Assembly (NCBI RefSeq): GCF_963921235.1
Contig: NC_086123.1
Location: 13,950,001-14,014,000, forward strand
Reading direction: 5' to 3'
DNA: 64,000 nt
DNA from: Mobula hypostoma
Lineage: Eukaryota
Shown here: piece after piece, positions 36,860-51,127 of the stretch
How the letters are laid out: every line of letters begins with the position of its first letter
Numbering within the stretch: the stretch's first letter is position 1
Made by a program: the position numbers and the translations under genes
Notes under the pieces: model-generated
The model's input: the letters and a program-made list of their open reading frames with translations, nothing else
What the model was told of the DNA's origin: nothing
Databases searched by the model: none

Positions 36860-38215
36860 CTAGTAATTGCTGGATAGGTTCACAGCAGATGTCATCTCAT
36901 TGGCTCTTCAAACAACCCTGGAGTATCTGGACAGCAAAGGTGGATACATCAGGATGCTCTTTATTGATTACAGCGCAGCACTTGATACTAACATCCCCTC
37001 AAAACTCATCAGTAAACTCAAGCCTGGGTCTCAATACCCACTCTTAATCCTGGATTCTTCACTTGCAGACCCCAGTCAGTTCAGATCTCCTCCAGAATCT
37101 CCATTAGCACAGATGCACCACAGGGTTGTGTGCTTAGCACCCTGCTCTTCTCGCTTTACACCATTGACTGGGTGGCTAAGTACAGGTCCAACACTATATA
37201 CAAGATTGCTGATGTCACCACTGACAGGGCTGTGTGCTTAGCCCACTTGCTCTGTTCACTTTACACCTATGACTGTGGCCAAGTACAGCTCCAACACCAT
37301 ATACAAGTTTGCTGATGAAACCACTGAAAGAGGCCATAGCAAAGGTGGTGATGAATCAGCATACATGAGGAGACTGAAAGTTTGCCTGAGTGGTGCCGTT
37401 ACAGCTACCTGTCACTCAATGTAAGCAAGACTTCAGCAGAGGGAAACCAGAGATCCATGAGCTAGTGCTCATTGGAGGATCAGATGTGGAGCGGGTTAGC
37501 AACTTTAAATTCCTGGGTGTTACTATCTCAGAAGACCTGCCCTGGACCCATCATAGAAATGTAACGCGAAGAAAGCACAACAGTGTTTTTGTTTCCTTAG
37601 GAGTCTGCAGAAATTCAGCATGACCTCCAAAACCTTGACAAATTTCTGTAGATGTGTGTTGGAGTGTACGTTGACTTGGCTGCATCATGACCTGGTATGG
37701 AAACACTAATGCCTTTGAACAGAAAATCCTGCAAAAAGTAGTGTATTCGGCCCAGTGCGTCAAGGGTATAGCCCTCCCAACCGTTGAGCACATCTACATG
37801 AAATGCTGTTGTAGCAAATCTGCATCCATCATCAAAGGATCCTCACCACCCAGGCCTTGCTCTTTTGGTCTTTGCCATCAGGTAGAAGGTACAAAAGCCG
37901 CAGGACTCGCAAAACCAGGTTCAAGATCAGTTGCTACCCTTCAACCATTAGGCTCTGGAACAAAAGGGGATAACTACACTCATCTATTAAGATATTCCCA
38001 CAACCAATGATCTCACGTTAAGGACCCTTGTTATTTCATGCTCTCGTTGTTTATTGTCTTTTATTTATATTTGCATATCTACAGTTTGTTTTCTTCTGTG
38101 CTCTACTTGACCTTTATTGATCCTGTTACAGTTACCACTCTATAGATTTGCTGAGTTCGCCCACAGGAAACATAATTTCAGGGTTGTATCTAGTAACATA
38201 TATGTACTCTGAAAC
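36860..38215 (+). mobile_element. Degraded L2/Rex-like LINE (RT to 3' UTR)
   Basis: YIRMLFIDYSAA, LLFSLYT, KFAD-like, FKFLGVTISEDL, TWYGN motifs across frameshifted ORFs. Confidence 0.85.
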
Positions 38216-39611
38216 TAAAATTTCCTTTATTTGTTTTTATTTGTAATTGTTTTCGTTCCCCACACAAGTGAGATGATCTGTATACCACCCCAAATTCTTT
38301 CATTAAGGCCTTTGTCAGTCATTGATCACTCCTGCCCTCTGTTATCTGTCTTTGTTGAGAATAGATTCCTGTCCTTTTATCAGCCCCTGTGAAAGATCCA
38401 TGCTCAATGCTGGATGTGTGACAAGAATTAGGTTTTTATCCTTTTTCACAAAAAATTCTAGTCTCGTTGTGCCAATGTTAACCATGATTATTTGCAACTT
38501 CTGTTCCTCATGTAGACTTCTTTATCCTTTTTTAAATTATGTTTTATGATTCAATGGGGTCATAGAATCATTAAATTATTATAGGATAGAAGGAGCCATT
38601 CATCTCAGTGAGTCTTATCTAAACTTCCAGTAAAACAACTGTCAAGCCTGTTCCCTTTTTCTACGTAGCATTGCAAATTATCTTCTCTTATCTTGTTCCC
38701 CCTGAGTTAGTCACTTGTTAATGTTATTTTTTAATATCAGAGCTGACCCTTTATTATCTACCCATGTTGATGGACATTTGGGGACAAAATCCCCCTCACA
38801 GGTATCGTCGTCGTGGCTATCCCTCCAGGTCAAGGATGATGGTCTTCGTATACTACTGTTATCAAATGTGGTACCTTTCAGGATGTTTAAATAGCTTTCA
38901 TAATTTGAATGTCCTGTAAGAACATGTGAAGTAAAAGGTCGATTCTGCCATTGTCATTTTTAAGGATATTCACTGAAGATTTTGCATTTAGTTTGAGTGG
39001 ATACTGTGAGGGTTTAAACTAACTTGGCAGGGAGGTAGGAACCTGAGTGATAGGGCTGAGGATGGCATGTATACAAGTAGATGCAGTGTGTAAAGGTAGT
39101 GAGACTGAGGAAGGACAGGCAGATGATGAGGTTTCCGGGTACTTGGAGGCACATGATAAAATAGGCCAAAGGCAGCATAGTTTCCTTCAGGGAAACTCAT
39201 GCCTGGCAAATCCTTTGGATTTCCTTGAGGAAATAACAGGCAGGTTAGACAAAGGAGTGTTAGTGGATGTTGTTTACTTGCATTTTCAGAAGACCTTTGA
39301 CAAAGTGCCGCGCATGAGGCTGCTAAACAAGATAAAAGCTCATGGTATTACAGGAAAGTTACTCGCATGGATGGAAGATTGCCCGACAGGCAGAAGGCAA
39401 GGAGTTGGAAATAAAGGGGACCTTTTCTGTTTGGCTGCTGGTGACTTGTGGTGTTTTGCAGGGATCAGTGTTGGCATCACTTCTTTTAACTTTATATGTT
39501 TATGATTTGGATGATGGTATTGATGGCTTTGTGACTACGTTTGAGTACAATACCAAGAAAGGTGGAGGAGCCGGTTATTTTCAGGAGGCACGGAGTCTGA
39601 GGAAGGACTCA

Positions 39612-41814
39612 TAGTTGCAAGAAAAAGTTTGTGAACCTTTGTATTTAATAACTGTTAGAACCTTCTTTAGCAGCAATAACCTCCACCAAATGTTTCCTGT
39701 AGCTGCTGATCAGACTTCCTCAACAGCAAGGAGGAATTTTAGACCATTCCTCGATAGAAAACTGTTTTAGTTTATCAATATTTCTGGGATACCTCACATG
39801 AACAGCCTTCTTCAGGTCATGCCACAGCATCTCAATTTTGTTAAAGTCTGGACAGTGACTTGGCCATTCCAAAACAAGAATTTTCTTCTTTTTAAACCAT
39901 TCTGTTGTTGATTTACTCTTGTGTTTCGGATCATTGTTCTGCTGCATCATCCAACTTCTGTTAAGCTTTAGACAACGGACCGCTACCCTAACGTTCTCCT
40001 ATAAACTGCTCTGATACAATTTTGAATTCATTGTTCCTCAACATTTGCAAGTTGTCCAGGAACTAAGGCAGCAAAGCAGCCCCAAGCCATGATGCTCCTT
40101 CCCCCATGCTTCACAGTTGGGATGAGGTTTTGGTGTTGGTGTGCAGTACCCTTTTTCCTCCAAACTTAGCGCCTTGCATTTCTGCCAAATGGTTCAACTT
40201 TTGTTTCATTTGTCCACAGAACATTATTCCAGAAGCATTGTAGAACATCCAGGTGGTCTTTTGCAAACTTGAGACGTGCTGCAATGTTTATTTGGAGAGC
40301 AGTGGTTTCCTCCATGGTGTCCTTCCATGAACACCATTCTTGTTCAGTATTTTTCTTCTAGTGGACACATGAACAGAGACTTTGGCATGTTCTAGAGATT
40401 TCTGCAGGTCTTTTGGTGTTACCCTGGGGTAACCTTCACCTCCTTCAGCATTGCATGTTGTGCTCTTGATATGATCTTTGCAGGATGCCCACTTCTAGCA
40501 ACAGTACTGAATTTTCCTCCATTTGTAGACAATTTCTCTTACTATTTACTGATAAACACTCAGGTCTTTAGAAATGCTTTTGTAGCGTTTTGTAGCTTCA
40601 TGCTTACAATTTTTCTTCTTAGGTCCTCTGAAAGTTGTTTTGATTGAGACATGATGCACATAAACAGATTTTGAGAAGAACAGGCTCTGTCAGTAACCTG
40701 ACTTAGAAGCATAGAAAACCTACAGCACAAAACAGGCCCTTTGGCCCACAAAGCTGTGCCGAACATGTCCTTACCTCAGGAATTGCCTAGGGTTACCCAC
40801 AGCCCTCTATTTTTCTGAGCTCCATGTACCTGTCCAGGAGTCTCTTAAAAGACCCTATCGTATCCGCCTTCACCACTGTCACTGGCAGCCTGTTCCACGC
40901 ACTCACCACTCTGTGTGCAAAAAAAATTTAGCCCTGATATCTCCTCCGTACTTACTTCCAAGCACCTTAAAACTGTGCCCTCTCGTGCTAGCCATTTCAG
41001 CCCTGGGGAAAAAGCCTCTGACTATCCACACGATCAATGCCTCTCAACATCTTATACACCTCTATCACATCACCTCTCATCCCCTGTCGCTCCAAGGAAA
41101 AAAGGTCGCGTTCACTCAACCTGTTTTCATAAGGCATGCTCCCCAATCCAGGGAACATCCTGTAAATCTCCTCTGCACCCTTTCTATGCTTTCCACATCC
41201 TTCCTATAGTGAGGTGACCAGAACTGAGTACAGTACTCCAAGTGGGGTCTGACCAGGGTCCTATATAGCTGTAACATTACCTTTAAGCTCCTAAACTCAA
41301 TTCCACTATTGATGAAGGCCAATGCACCGTACACTTTCTTAACCACAGAGTCAACCTGCGCAGCAGCTTTGAGTGTCCTATAGACTCAGACCCCAAGATT
41401 CCTCTGATCCTCCACACTGCCAAGAGTCTTACCATTAATACTATATCCTGCCATCATATTTGACCTACCAAAATGAACAACCTCACACTTATCTGGACTT
41501 CGTGTGTCTTTTTTAAAGGGAAGGGCATGTCTACAACCCACACCTCCAATTTCATCTCATTGATTGGAACATCTGACTCCAAATAGGTTTTGTAGAAGCT
41601 ATTACCATATAGTTTTTTGAACCCCGACTGTGATTGTTGAAATGGTGTACTAAGTGTTGAAAAGAAGAAGTACAATTGTTTATGTGGTATTAGTTTAGGC
41701 AGATTGTAGTTGTCTAGTATTGTGACTTAGATGAAGATCAGACCACATTTTATGAGTAATTAATGCAGAAAATCATGCAAAAAAGCAAAGGGTTCACAAA
41801 TTTTCTTGTAACTG
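39612..41814 (-). mobile_element. Tc1-like DNA transposon, degraded, interrupted by a CR1
   Basis: TIRs tagttgcaagaaaaagtttgtgaacc / ggttcacaaattttcttgtaactg followed by TA; transposase remnants MSQSKQLSEDLRRKIV and QQNNDPKHKS...LEWPSHCPDFNKIEMLW. Confidence 0.92.
40705..41495 (-). mobile_element. CR1 LINE 3' fragment nested in Tc1
   Basis: LYRTLVRPHLEYCTQFWSPHYRKD; gactt on both flanks (40700-40704, 41496-41500). Confidence 0.9.
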
Positions 41815-43243
41815 TAGATTGGGAGAATGGGCAAAGAAGTGGCAAATAGAATATAGTGTAGGGAAATGCATGGTCATGCACTTTGGTAAAAGGAATACTA
41901 CTTTCTAAAGGAGGAGAAATTTCAAAAATCAGAGGTACAAAGGGACTTGGGAGTCCTCGTGCAGGATGGTTAACTTGCAGGTTGAGTTGGTGGTAAGAAA
42001 AGTAAATGTAATGTAACCATTCATTTAGAGTATACTAGAATAAAAGAGCAATGATGTGATGCTGAGGCTTTATTGGGCGTTGGTCAGACTGCAGTTGAAG
42101 TATTGTGAGTAGTTTTGGGCTCCCTATCTAAGAAAAAATGTGCTGGCATTGGAGAGGGTCCAGAGAAGGTTCACGAGAATGTTTCCAGGAATGAAATGCT
42201 TAGCATAGGACCATCTGAGGCTCTGGGACTGTACTCGCTAGAGTTTAGAATAATGAGGAGGGATCCTAGTGAAACCGATCAAATATCGACAGGTTTATAT
42301 AGAGTAGATATGGAGATGACGCTTCCGATAGTGGTGGAATCTATGATCAGAGGGCACAGCTTCAGAATGGAGGGATATCCAGTTAGAGCAGAGGTGAGGT
42401 GGAATTTTCATGAGCCAGAGTGTAGTGAAAAAAACTGTTGTGGAGGTCACGTTTTTGGCTATATTTAAAGTGGAGATTGATAAGTTCTTGATTAGTTGGT
42501 GCATCAAAGGTTACTGGGAGAAAGCAGGAGAGTGCGGTTGAGAGGGACAATAAATCAGCCATGATGGAATGGTGGCACAGACTTGGGCCGAATGGCCTGT
42601 TTCTTCTCCTATGTCTTATGGTCTTAGAAATGCAGGATGTAACCAGTGGGTAATTGATAATTGGTCATATGTACTGAGATACAGTGAAAAGCTTTTACGA
42701 TGACGTTCAGAAATATTCCACGCACAAGTATATCAAGGTAGTACAAAAAGGGAAAAAACAAAATTCATGATACAGTATTAGTTACAGAAGAAGTACTGTC
42801 ACTATTGTACTAAGCTGTGTTCACAACTCTAATTTCTTGGGCAAAGAAGTGAAGATATTTCAGAAAGATTTTGTTCCATGTTTCAAAAACACTTTTTATC
42901 GCTTATTGGCATCAAAGTCAAAGATATTTGTTGTTGTTATTTATAAATGTTCGCAAATACTATAAATCGAATTTTACATTTGTGGGTTTTTTTTGCAAGT
43001 AGTTATATCCTTTAGATTTGTGAATTGGGCAACAAGTTAGACATTCTGTAATCTGTTCCTCTTGTCCCTAGTTGCATTAGTGAGAAGTTCTACATTTCTT
43101 TTGTACATCAAGTATCCACTTATGCCATTGTCCTTACAGGTTTATATGGAAAATATATAGCTGGGACTTACTGCGTCAGATGCTCATTCATTTGTTTGTG
43201 TCTTAAATGCAATGAGTTAATCTAATGTTGTTTACTTCCACAG

Positions 43244-43370
43244 CAGAATGTCAAATGTTTACCAAGCTTTCCTTCAGCTGATTACCAGTCTGATGTGGAA
43301 CCCGACACTCGAGAGTTGGTCCGGGAACAGAATAAGAAGAAGAAGAAATCGGGGGGTTTTCAGTCCATGG
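43244..43370 (+). CDS. DDX54: DDX54 exon 2
   Basis: [37 protein letters not shown]; cagcag acceptor; donor G|gtatgc. Confidence 0.93.
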
Positions 43371-43835
43371 GTATGCCCAACTCGACTAATACTGCAATTT
43401 CTACTTTGATTATTTGAAGTGCAGCAATTGTAACAAATTGCTGTCCCTGAAGGCCAAAGGTGTAAACTGACTACAACACATTCCAAAAGCAAAATACTTT
43501 GGATGCGTGAAATGTGAAATGTGAAATAACAACTCGAATAGCTGGAAATAAAGAGCAGCTCATGTAGTATCTGTGGAGAGTAAAAGAAAGTTAATATTTC
43601 AAGTTGATGACTTAATTAAATGAAATTCTTATATCAATATGATTCAAAAGTAATATATGTTAGTAATTTTATTTATTACTCTAGATTTTTTTTAACATTC
43701 GTGATAAAAATCAGAACTTGTGACATTTTGGAAAGCAGAGAATTGGATTGGGACAGAGGTGAAAAATTGAGGTTGGTTTTTAATACTTGTGCAAAATAGT
43801 TGTTGGAAAATTAATTTTGTTTCATTTTTCCATAG

Positions 43836-43906
43836 GTTTAAGCTTTCCTGTTTTTAAGGGTGTCATGAAGAAAGGCTATAAAGTGCCGACTCCAATTCAG
43901 AGAAAG
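43836..43906 (+). CDS. DDX54: DDX54 exon 3 (Q motif)
   Basis: [24 protein letters not shown]; catag| ... |gtgacc. Confidence 0.95.
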
Positions 43907-44127
43907 GTGACCTGTAGTAGCATTATTGTTAATTTGTTGCTCCATGAATTTTCCATGTAAGTTAGCATATCTGGAAGGAAGAGCACTATGAATGTAAGAA
44001 AATATAGTTGTATTTATTGTGTGGCAACAGCACCAAGAAGTAATTATTATTACTGGCATTAATTAAAATAATATTTGGAAGTTGATAATTAAGAACTGTA
44101 AATTGTCTGTGTGTGAGAGAGAGATTT

Positions 44128-45000
44128 CATAGTCATAGTCATACTTTATTGATCCTGAGGGAAATTGGGTTTTCTTACAGTTGCACCAACCAAGAATAGA
44201 GTATAGAGGTAGCAATATAAAACCATAATAATATGTAAATTATGCCAGGAAATAAGTCCAGGACCCTATTGTCTGACCCTCCAAGGGAGGAGTTGTAAAG
44301 TTTGATGGCCACAGGCAGGAATGACGTCTTACGATGCTCAGTATAGCATCTCGGTGGAATGAATCTCTGGCTGAATGTACTCCTGTGCCCAACCAGTACA
44401 TTATGTAGTGGATGGGAGATATTGTCCAAGATGGCATGCAACTTGGAGAGCATCCTCTTTTCAGACACCACCGTGAGAGAGTCCAGTTCCATCCCCACAA
44501 CATCACTGGCCTTACGAATGAGTTTGTTGATTCTGTTGGTGTCTGCTACCCTCAGCCTGCTGCCCCAGCACACAACAGCAAACATGATAGCACTGGCCAC
44601 CACAGACTCGTAGAACATCCTCAGCATCGTCCGGCAGATGTTGAAGGACCTCAGTCTCCTCATGAAATAGAGACAGCTCTGACCCTTCTTGTAGACAGCC
44701 TCAGTGTTCTTTGACCAGTCCAGTTTATTGTCAATTCGTATCCCCAGGTATTTGTAATCCTCCAACATGTCCACACTGACCCCCTGGATGGAAACAGGGG
44801 TCACCAGTGCCTTAGCCCTCCTCAAGTCCACCACCAGCTCCTTAGCCTTTTTCACATTAAGCTGCAGATAATTCTCACACCATGTGACAAAGTTTCCTAC
44901 CATAGCCCTGTACTCAGCCTCATCTCCCTTGCTGATGCATCCAACTATGGCAGAGTCATCAGAAAACTTCTGAAGATGGAAAGACACTGTGCAGTAGTTG
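44128..45000 (-). mobile_element. Rex1/Babar-like LINE 3' portion
   Basis: 270-aa ORF HLQKFSDDSAIVGCI...LNVKKAKELVVD...YKYLGIRIDNKLDW...LRRLRSF-like; (catagt)n tail. Confidence 0.88.
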
Positions 45001-45504
45001 AGTTATTTCTATTAATAGATTTTTGAAACTTTTTAATGTGTACAAACAGTTTTAATGTTTGTCATGTTTATATTCATCATCATGACTTCACCCTCTCAGT
45101 GTAAATTCATTTGCCAGTCAGGTTGACATAATATAAATTGCTTTTTCCTCAATGTTATTTCCTCTCAGCAGAGAGGACAGACAAGCAGACTGCTCCCTGA
45201 TCTTTGACAGTGGCTGTCTAAACCTGGTGTGCAAGAGAGCCCTGGCTAGCTCACCTGATAATTTTAATACGGAGCAACCCTGAGCAACAAATATGTTCGA
45301 TATTTACTGACGTTCATAAGTTGATCTTGTGCATAAGTCAGAAAATACACAAAAGTCACTTGGTATGGTAACTATTTCTCCATGGTATTGTAATGAGTGG
45401 CATCAAAGAACACAAGTCTGATAGAAAGAGCAATTGCTAAGAGTGGAGAGAGACAGGAAACTAGTTTTGCTGATTGTAAGGATAAACATATATAAGTATA
45501 TATA

Positions 45505-45592
45505 GGATAATCAGCCATGATCATAATAAATGGCGGTGCAGGCTCGAAGGGCCGAATGGCCTACTCCTGCACCTATTTTCTATGTTTCTATA
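45505..45592 (+). mobile_element. CR1 extreme 3' end
   Basis: Reverse complement of the 9190-9280 tail (ggcctactcctgcacctattttctatgtttcta). Confidence 0.85.
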
Positions 45593-45689
45593 TGTCAGAC
45601 TTTAGAAGATCTTAATATCGTAAGAGCTTATTTGTATGTATGAGCATTAATAATACAAGCACTTGTGATCTACAGATAAAGCCTCTTCG

Positions 45690-47442
45690 GGTAGTACTAA
45701 TGTCCTACAATGATAGCAAGGGATAAAACTGGTCCTCTTAAAGATCAGAGTGGTCATCTCTACATGGAGCCGAAAGAAATGGGGGAGATCTTAAATGGAT
45801 TTTTTTTACATCTTTAGTTACTCGGGAGATGGACACAGAGTCCATAACCCCACTGCTCTGTAGAAGTGAGGCAAAATAGCAGTGGGTTTGTGAATTGTAT
45901 ACACATTACAGAGGCGGTGTTTGCTGTCTTGAGGCAAATTAAGGTGGATAAATCCCCAGGGCCTGATAATGTGTTCCCTCGGGCTTTGTGGGATCCTAGC
46001 ATAGAAATTGCAGGGGCCCTGGTAGAGATATTTAAAATGTCCTTAACCACAGGTGAGGTGCCAGAGGATGAGAGGATAGCTAATGTCGTTCTGTTGTTTC
46101 TTGAAAGGATCTGTAACTAAGCTGGGAAATCATAGGGCTGTGAGCCTGGTGTCAGTAGTGGGTAAGTTATTGGAAGGTAGTCGAAGCGACTGGATATATA
46201 AGTACTGAGATAGACAGGGACTAATTAGTGATGGTTAACATGACTTTGTGTGTGGTAGGTCGTGCCTTTTTCGAGGAAATTACCAGGAAAGTTGATGAAG
46301 GCAACATCCACTGCTTTTTATCTACATAAACTTAAGAACGGCCTTTGACAAGGTCCCGCGTGGGAGGCTGGTTAACGAGGCTCAGTCACTCGGCATTCAG
46401 GATGAGTTACTAAATAGGAATAGACATTGGCTTCGTGGGAAAAGCCAGAAAGTGGTAGTAGGTGGTTGCCTCTCTGACTGGAGACCTGTGTCAAGTGGTG
46501 TGCTCCAGGGATTGGTGCTGCATCTGTTGTATACCATCTGTATCAATGACTTGGATGCTGGTGTAGTAAATTAGATCAGCAGCTTTTCAGTTGCTGCCAA
46601 TGTGGGGCATATTGAACAGTGAAGAAGGCTATCAAAGCTTGATACAGTATCTTGACCATTTTAATGCAAGCAGGTCTGAAATATTGAACTTTGAGAGGAC
46701 AAGCGACTTGCACAGTGAGTGGTAGGACACTGAGGAGTGCGGTAGATCAGGGGGAATCTGGGAATGCAGGTCCATAATTCCTTGAAAGTGGTGTCACGAG
46801 CAAATGGTATCGTAAAAAGAGCTTTTGGTATTTCGGCCTTCATAAATCAAAGCATTGAGTACGTACAGGAATTGGGGTGTTATATTGAAGTTGTATAAGA
46901 CATTGGCGAGGTGTACTTTGGAACATTGTGTGCATTTCTGGTCACCTACTTACATTAAAACTATCACCAAGATTGAAAGAGTGCAGAAAAAATCTACTAG
47001 GATGTTGCCAGGGCTTGAGGACCTGAGTTATAAGGAAAGATTGAATAGGTTAAGACCTTATTCCCTACAGCAAGGTAGAATGAGGGAAGGTTTGATAGAG
47101 GCATGCAAATTATGAGGGGTATAGGTAGGGTAAATGCCGGCAGGTTTTTCCCACTGAGGTTGGGTGAGACCAGAGCTGAGGTCGTGGGTGAAAGGTGAAT
47201 TATTTTAAGGGAAACATGAGGGGGAACTTCGATCAGACTGTGGTGGGAGTATGGAATGCTAGTGGAAGTGGTGGATTCAGGTTCGATTTCAACATTTATG
47301 AGAAATTGGATAGGGACTTGGATAGTAAGAGTATGGAGGGCTATGGTCCGGATGCAGGTTGATGGGTCTGAACAGATTAATGGTATGGCACGGACTAGAT
47401 TTACCAAAAGGCCTGTTTCTGTGCTGCATTGTTTATGACTCG
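45690..47442 (+). mobile_element. Degraded CR1 LINE
   Basis: IKVDKSPGPD, GEVPEDERIANVVLLF, LYKTLARCTLEHCVHFWSP. Confidence 0.9.
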
Positions 47443-47844
47443 ACTTCAGCTAGGACTTTATCACCTGATCATTTACAGTCGCTCAGCTAGATGGGAAGAA
47501 CTGACAACTGGAAAGAAAATCAGTGGCCTTGTGGAGTTCACACATTTTCCCTATAATGGTGTGGTGTATTCATAGCATTCTCTACTTTCTTCCCACATCT
47601 AAAAGACAAGCTGGTGGTTAATTGATTACTATAGCTTACCCTTTAATAGGTAAGTGGCAATAAGAAGCAAAGGGGAATTGATAGCATGTGAGAGAAAATA
47701 AGGAGAGAGAGATTGAGACCAATGGAATTGATCTGCTGGAACTGCTATCGACTTAATGGGCTTAGTGGCCTGCTCTGTGATATAATACGTATGAGAAGAA
47801 TCACTTCAAGAGCTTCTGAGTTAAGATCCTGTTTTATGTTTTAG

Positions 47845-48033
47845 ACAATCCCGGTGATACTCAATGGAAAGGATGTCGTTGCCATGGCCAGGACCGGCAG
47901 CGGTAAGACTGCAGCATTTCTTATTCCGCTGTTTGAGCTGCTGAAGGTACATTGTGCCCAGACAGGAGCAAGAGCTTTAATTCTCAGCCCAACCAGGGAA
48001 CTTGCATTACAAACCATGAAGTTCACAAAAGAG
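47845..48033 (+). CDS. DDX54: DDX54 exon 4 (motifs I, Ia)
   Basis: [25 protein letters not shown]...[19 protein letters not shown]; ttag| ... |gtaaga. Confidence 0.97.
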
Positions 48034-48574
48034 GTAAGATGTTTCCTTTCAGATTTTTTCAGGATATATAGATTTGAGTTAATTGTAGAGTATAGTCTGT
48101 ACTGCACTTAAACTTGTGATTATTATTGTAAAAGAAGACAAGTTTTTGATTTTATTGTTAAAACAGCTTTCTAATAGCATTTTGAAATCCTTTCAGTTCT
48201 AGAGCATTTAAATTACGTATGTATAATAAGTTATGTGTAAGTCAAGAGCAAACTGTGAGTATGTTAGCAATAGTTATGTACGTTTTAGTGTTGAGCAGCT
48301 TCCTTGGCTGCTTTATCATAGAAAGCTGCAGCACAGAAACAGGCCCTTCGGCCCATCCAGTCCATGCTAAACTATTTAAACTGCCTTGTACCGTCATCCT
48401 GCACCCCGACCATAGCCATCCCTCTCTCCCATCCATGTACCAACCAAACTCTTAAGCATTGAAATCAAAATTGCATCCACCACTTGCCAGGCAGTTCGTT
48501 CTAGACTGTAGTTTTCAAGGTTATTCCTGTTTCCCGACATTTTCTCTGCATTTGAACTGAATGTTCAGTCAATT

Positions 48575-48878
48575 CTATATATTTATCTATTTGGCAATCA
48601 AGCGTGGAGTAGGGGATTCCGACCCTTTCAGCCACATCACCCCAGTAACCCTCAACAACACCGACTAACCCAAACCTCATCATGGGACAACTTACAATGA
48701 CTAAGGATCCAACTCGGTACGTCTTTGGACAGTGGGAGGAAAACGGAGAGCCCAGGGGAAACCTGTGTATTCCATGGGGAGAACAGACAGATATTCCTTA
48801 CAGATGATGCTGGAATTGAACTCTGAACTCCGATGCCCCGAGCTGTAATAGCGACACGCTAACCCCTACATTACCATA
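48575..48878 (-). mobile_element. V-SINE-like element
   Basis: Antisense core ttggacagtgggaggaaaacggagagcccaggggaaacc. Confidence 0.65.
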
Positions 48879-51127
48879 GAGACCATTAATTTATCCCACT
48901 AATTGGTGAATGATGATGTCTGTAGACTCCCCCAACTCCTTGGAGATTGTCCCACCACTGAAATGAGTCTGGGGTCGTTGAAACTCCTCCGGGTCATATC
49001 CAGAATGGGGTCAGTGCACAGATCAGTTCTGTAACCAACTCCAGGAAGTTGGCACTCCTCCACTGGACTCCATGAGGATACAAGACCGTAGAGCAGTCTG
49101 AGCAACTGTGGGGAGACCTCTCAGCCAACTGGGCTTTTTATATCAGCACAAAACAAGTTTGAAACAAAATTATACTGTATACATCTCCAACTTGGGTGTC
49201 AAAGTTCATTGGAAAAGAAACCTATTCATTTAGCATATTAGCACATGTCTCAAACAAAATTAAGTACTTTGATACAGAGTCAAAGTTCTGTAATACCAGA
49301 TAATTAAATTGATCATTGATACAGAATCAGATATATTATTACTGACACATGACATGAAATTTGTTGCTTAGTGCTGGCAGTACAGTGCAAATACATAAAG
49401 GTCTATACATTACCAAAATAGTGCAAAAATAAGGAATAATGAAGCAGTATTCATTGGTTCATGGACCATTTTAGAATATCGGGGGGGGCGCGGGGGGGGG
49501 AGAGAAGCTGTTCATAAGTTATTGAGCGTGTGGCTCCTGTACCTCCTCCCTGATGGTTGTAATGAGAAGAAGGTGGGTGCAGTCTTCTTGAAGAAGTTCT
49601 TGATGGCAGGAAGGGTCAGACCCATGATGGAACTGGCTGAGTCTAGAACCTTTTGCAGTCTCTTACAATCTTGTGAATTGGAGGATTTATACCAATCTGT
49701 ATTGCAGCAGTCACAATACTCTCCATCATAAATCTTTGGTGCCTTAAATAATCTCCTCTTACAGGAGATTTGCTGTGTCAACAAATACCAAATTTCCTGG
49801 TGTGGAGCTAGCTAACATCTAAATAACTGTCTTTAATAGATAATAGCAATTGCACTTAATAAATCCAAAGAATGAGAATATTTCGTATATTAGTAAGGAT
49901 TTTATCTTTTAATCTGCCAATTTTTTAAAGAATCATTGACGTAGATTTTGCCCTTATGGCAATGTGACAGATCTCTATTGTTTACCTTGAAGAAACTCAC
50001 TCAGAAAGATATAGTATTCTTGGTGGTTTGAACTTCACCTTTCCTGATCCCAGATGCTGGCAGCCTTTGTTCTGAGGGATGTGTAATGCTCCCAATAGCA
50101 TTGAGGAATTGTCTCATTGCAAAACAACAATTTAAAAAGTTCAATGATTAAATGTGTTTTTTTCTGCACTTGCTAAATACATAAGAAATTAAGGTAAAAG
50201 CCAAGCTCTGATGAAACTGGGAGCAGGTGGTGGATGGTTGTATGACCATCTGGTGCGTGTCAGAAGTTCTGGTTATGCAACCACTGATGCCAAGCAGACA
50301 AATTCTGAATAGTATTGATAGTGGCTGGGGTCACCCTTCATGTAAAGACACTGCCCAGAAGAAGGCAATGGCAAACCGCTTCTGTAGAAAAATTTGCCAA
50401 GAACAATCATGTTCGTGGAAAGACTGTGATCGCCCACGTCATACAATGCAGCATATAATGATGATGATTATTTTAAAAAATTTAAGGATTGACTATCTGC
50501 AGAATAAGTTAATTTTCAGAGTTAGAGTGGTTCATAAGCATTAATTATCTCCTGTGTAATTAAAAATTCAATTATACTTCATACAGTAAGCAGTAATATT
50601 TTACAGCAATGACAATAGACAATAGGTGCAGGAGTAGGCCATTCGGATAGTTCACTGATTCTGCTGAATAACCTTGTGGGAGTTAAAAAGCAATTCTTCT
50701 TAGGAAATCATCAATGGTAACTTGTAGGTTTCTGGGTTGTGTATGCGGGTGCTTTAGAAGTGGTGTAAGTTTTGAGTGTTATGATGCATTAACAACGTCC
50801 AAGTTACTATCAGTACAAAGGCAAACATGGTTTGCTTTATTATTATTGTTGCATGTACCAAGGTACAGTGAAGAACCTTTGTTTATGTGCCTTCCAGGCA
50901 GGTCATGTCATATCCCATTAAGGTAGTAAAAAAAACAAAATGTTCAAATGCCTTTGAGGTCTATGTATTGTATGTTTAGGACTGATCATTTAAATGTTAT
51001 TTTTCATCAACGCCTCTTGTTAAATTAAGCTTTATTCCTAGAATGAATAAATATACCTTACAATTTCAAATGAAGTTAAGTAAAAACCTGTCCTGAACAT
51101 AATTTTCTTCATTACTTGATTTTGTAG

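Larger units (their letters stand above)
39120..42626 (+). mobile_element. CR1 LINE split by a Tc1 insertion (parts 39120-39611 and 41815-42626)
   Basis: VDVVYLHFQKTFDKVP, GVLQGSVL; ..gaaggactca | tagattgggagaatgggc.. continues across the insertion; 3' tail atgtcttatggtctta. Confidence 0.85.

Noticed and set aside
44175-44987. 270-aa open RT fragment as a domesticated gene
   Set aside because: 5'-truncated Rex1-like LINE with its own microsatellite tail, antisense in an intron; an open frame is expected for a young copy
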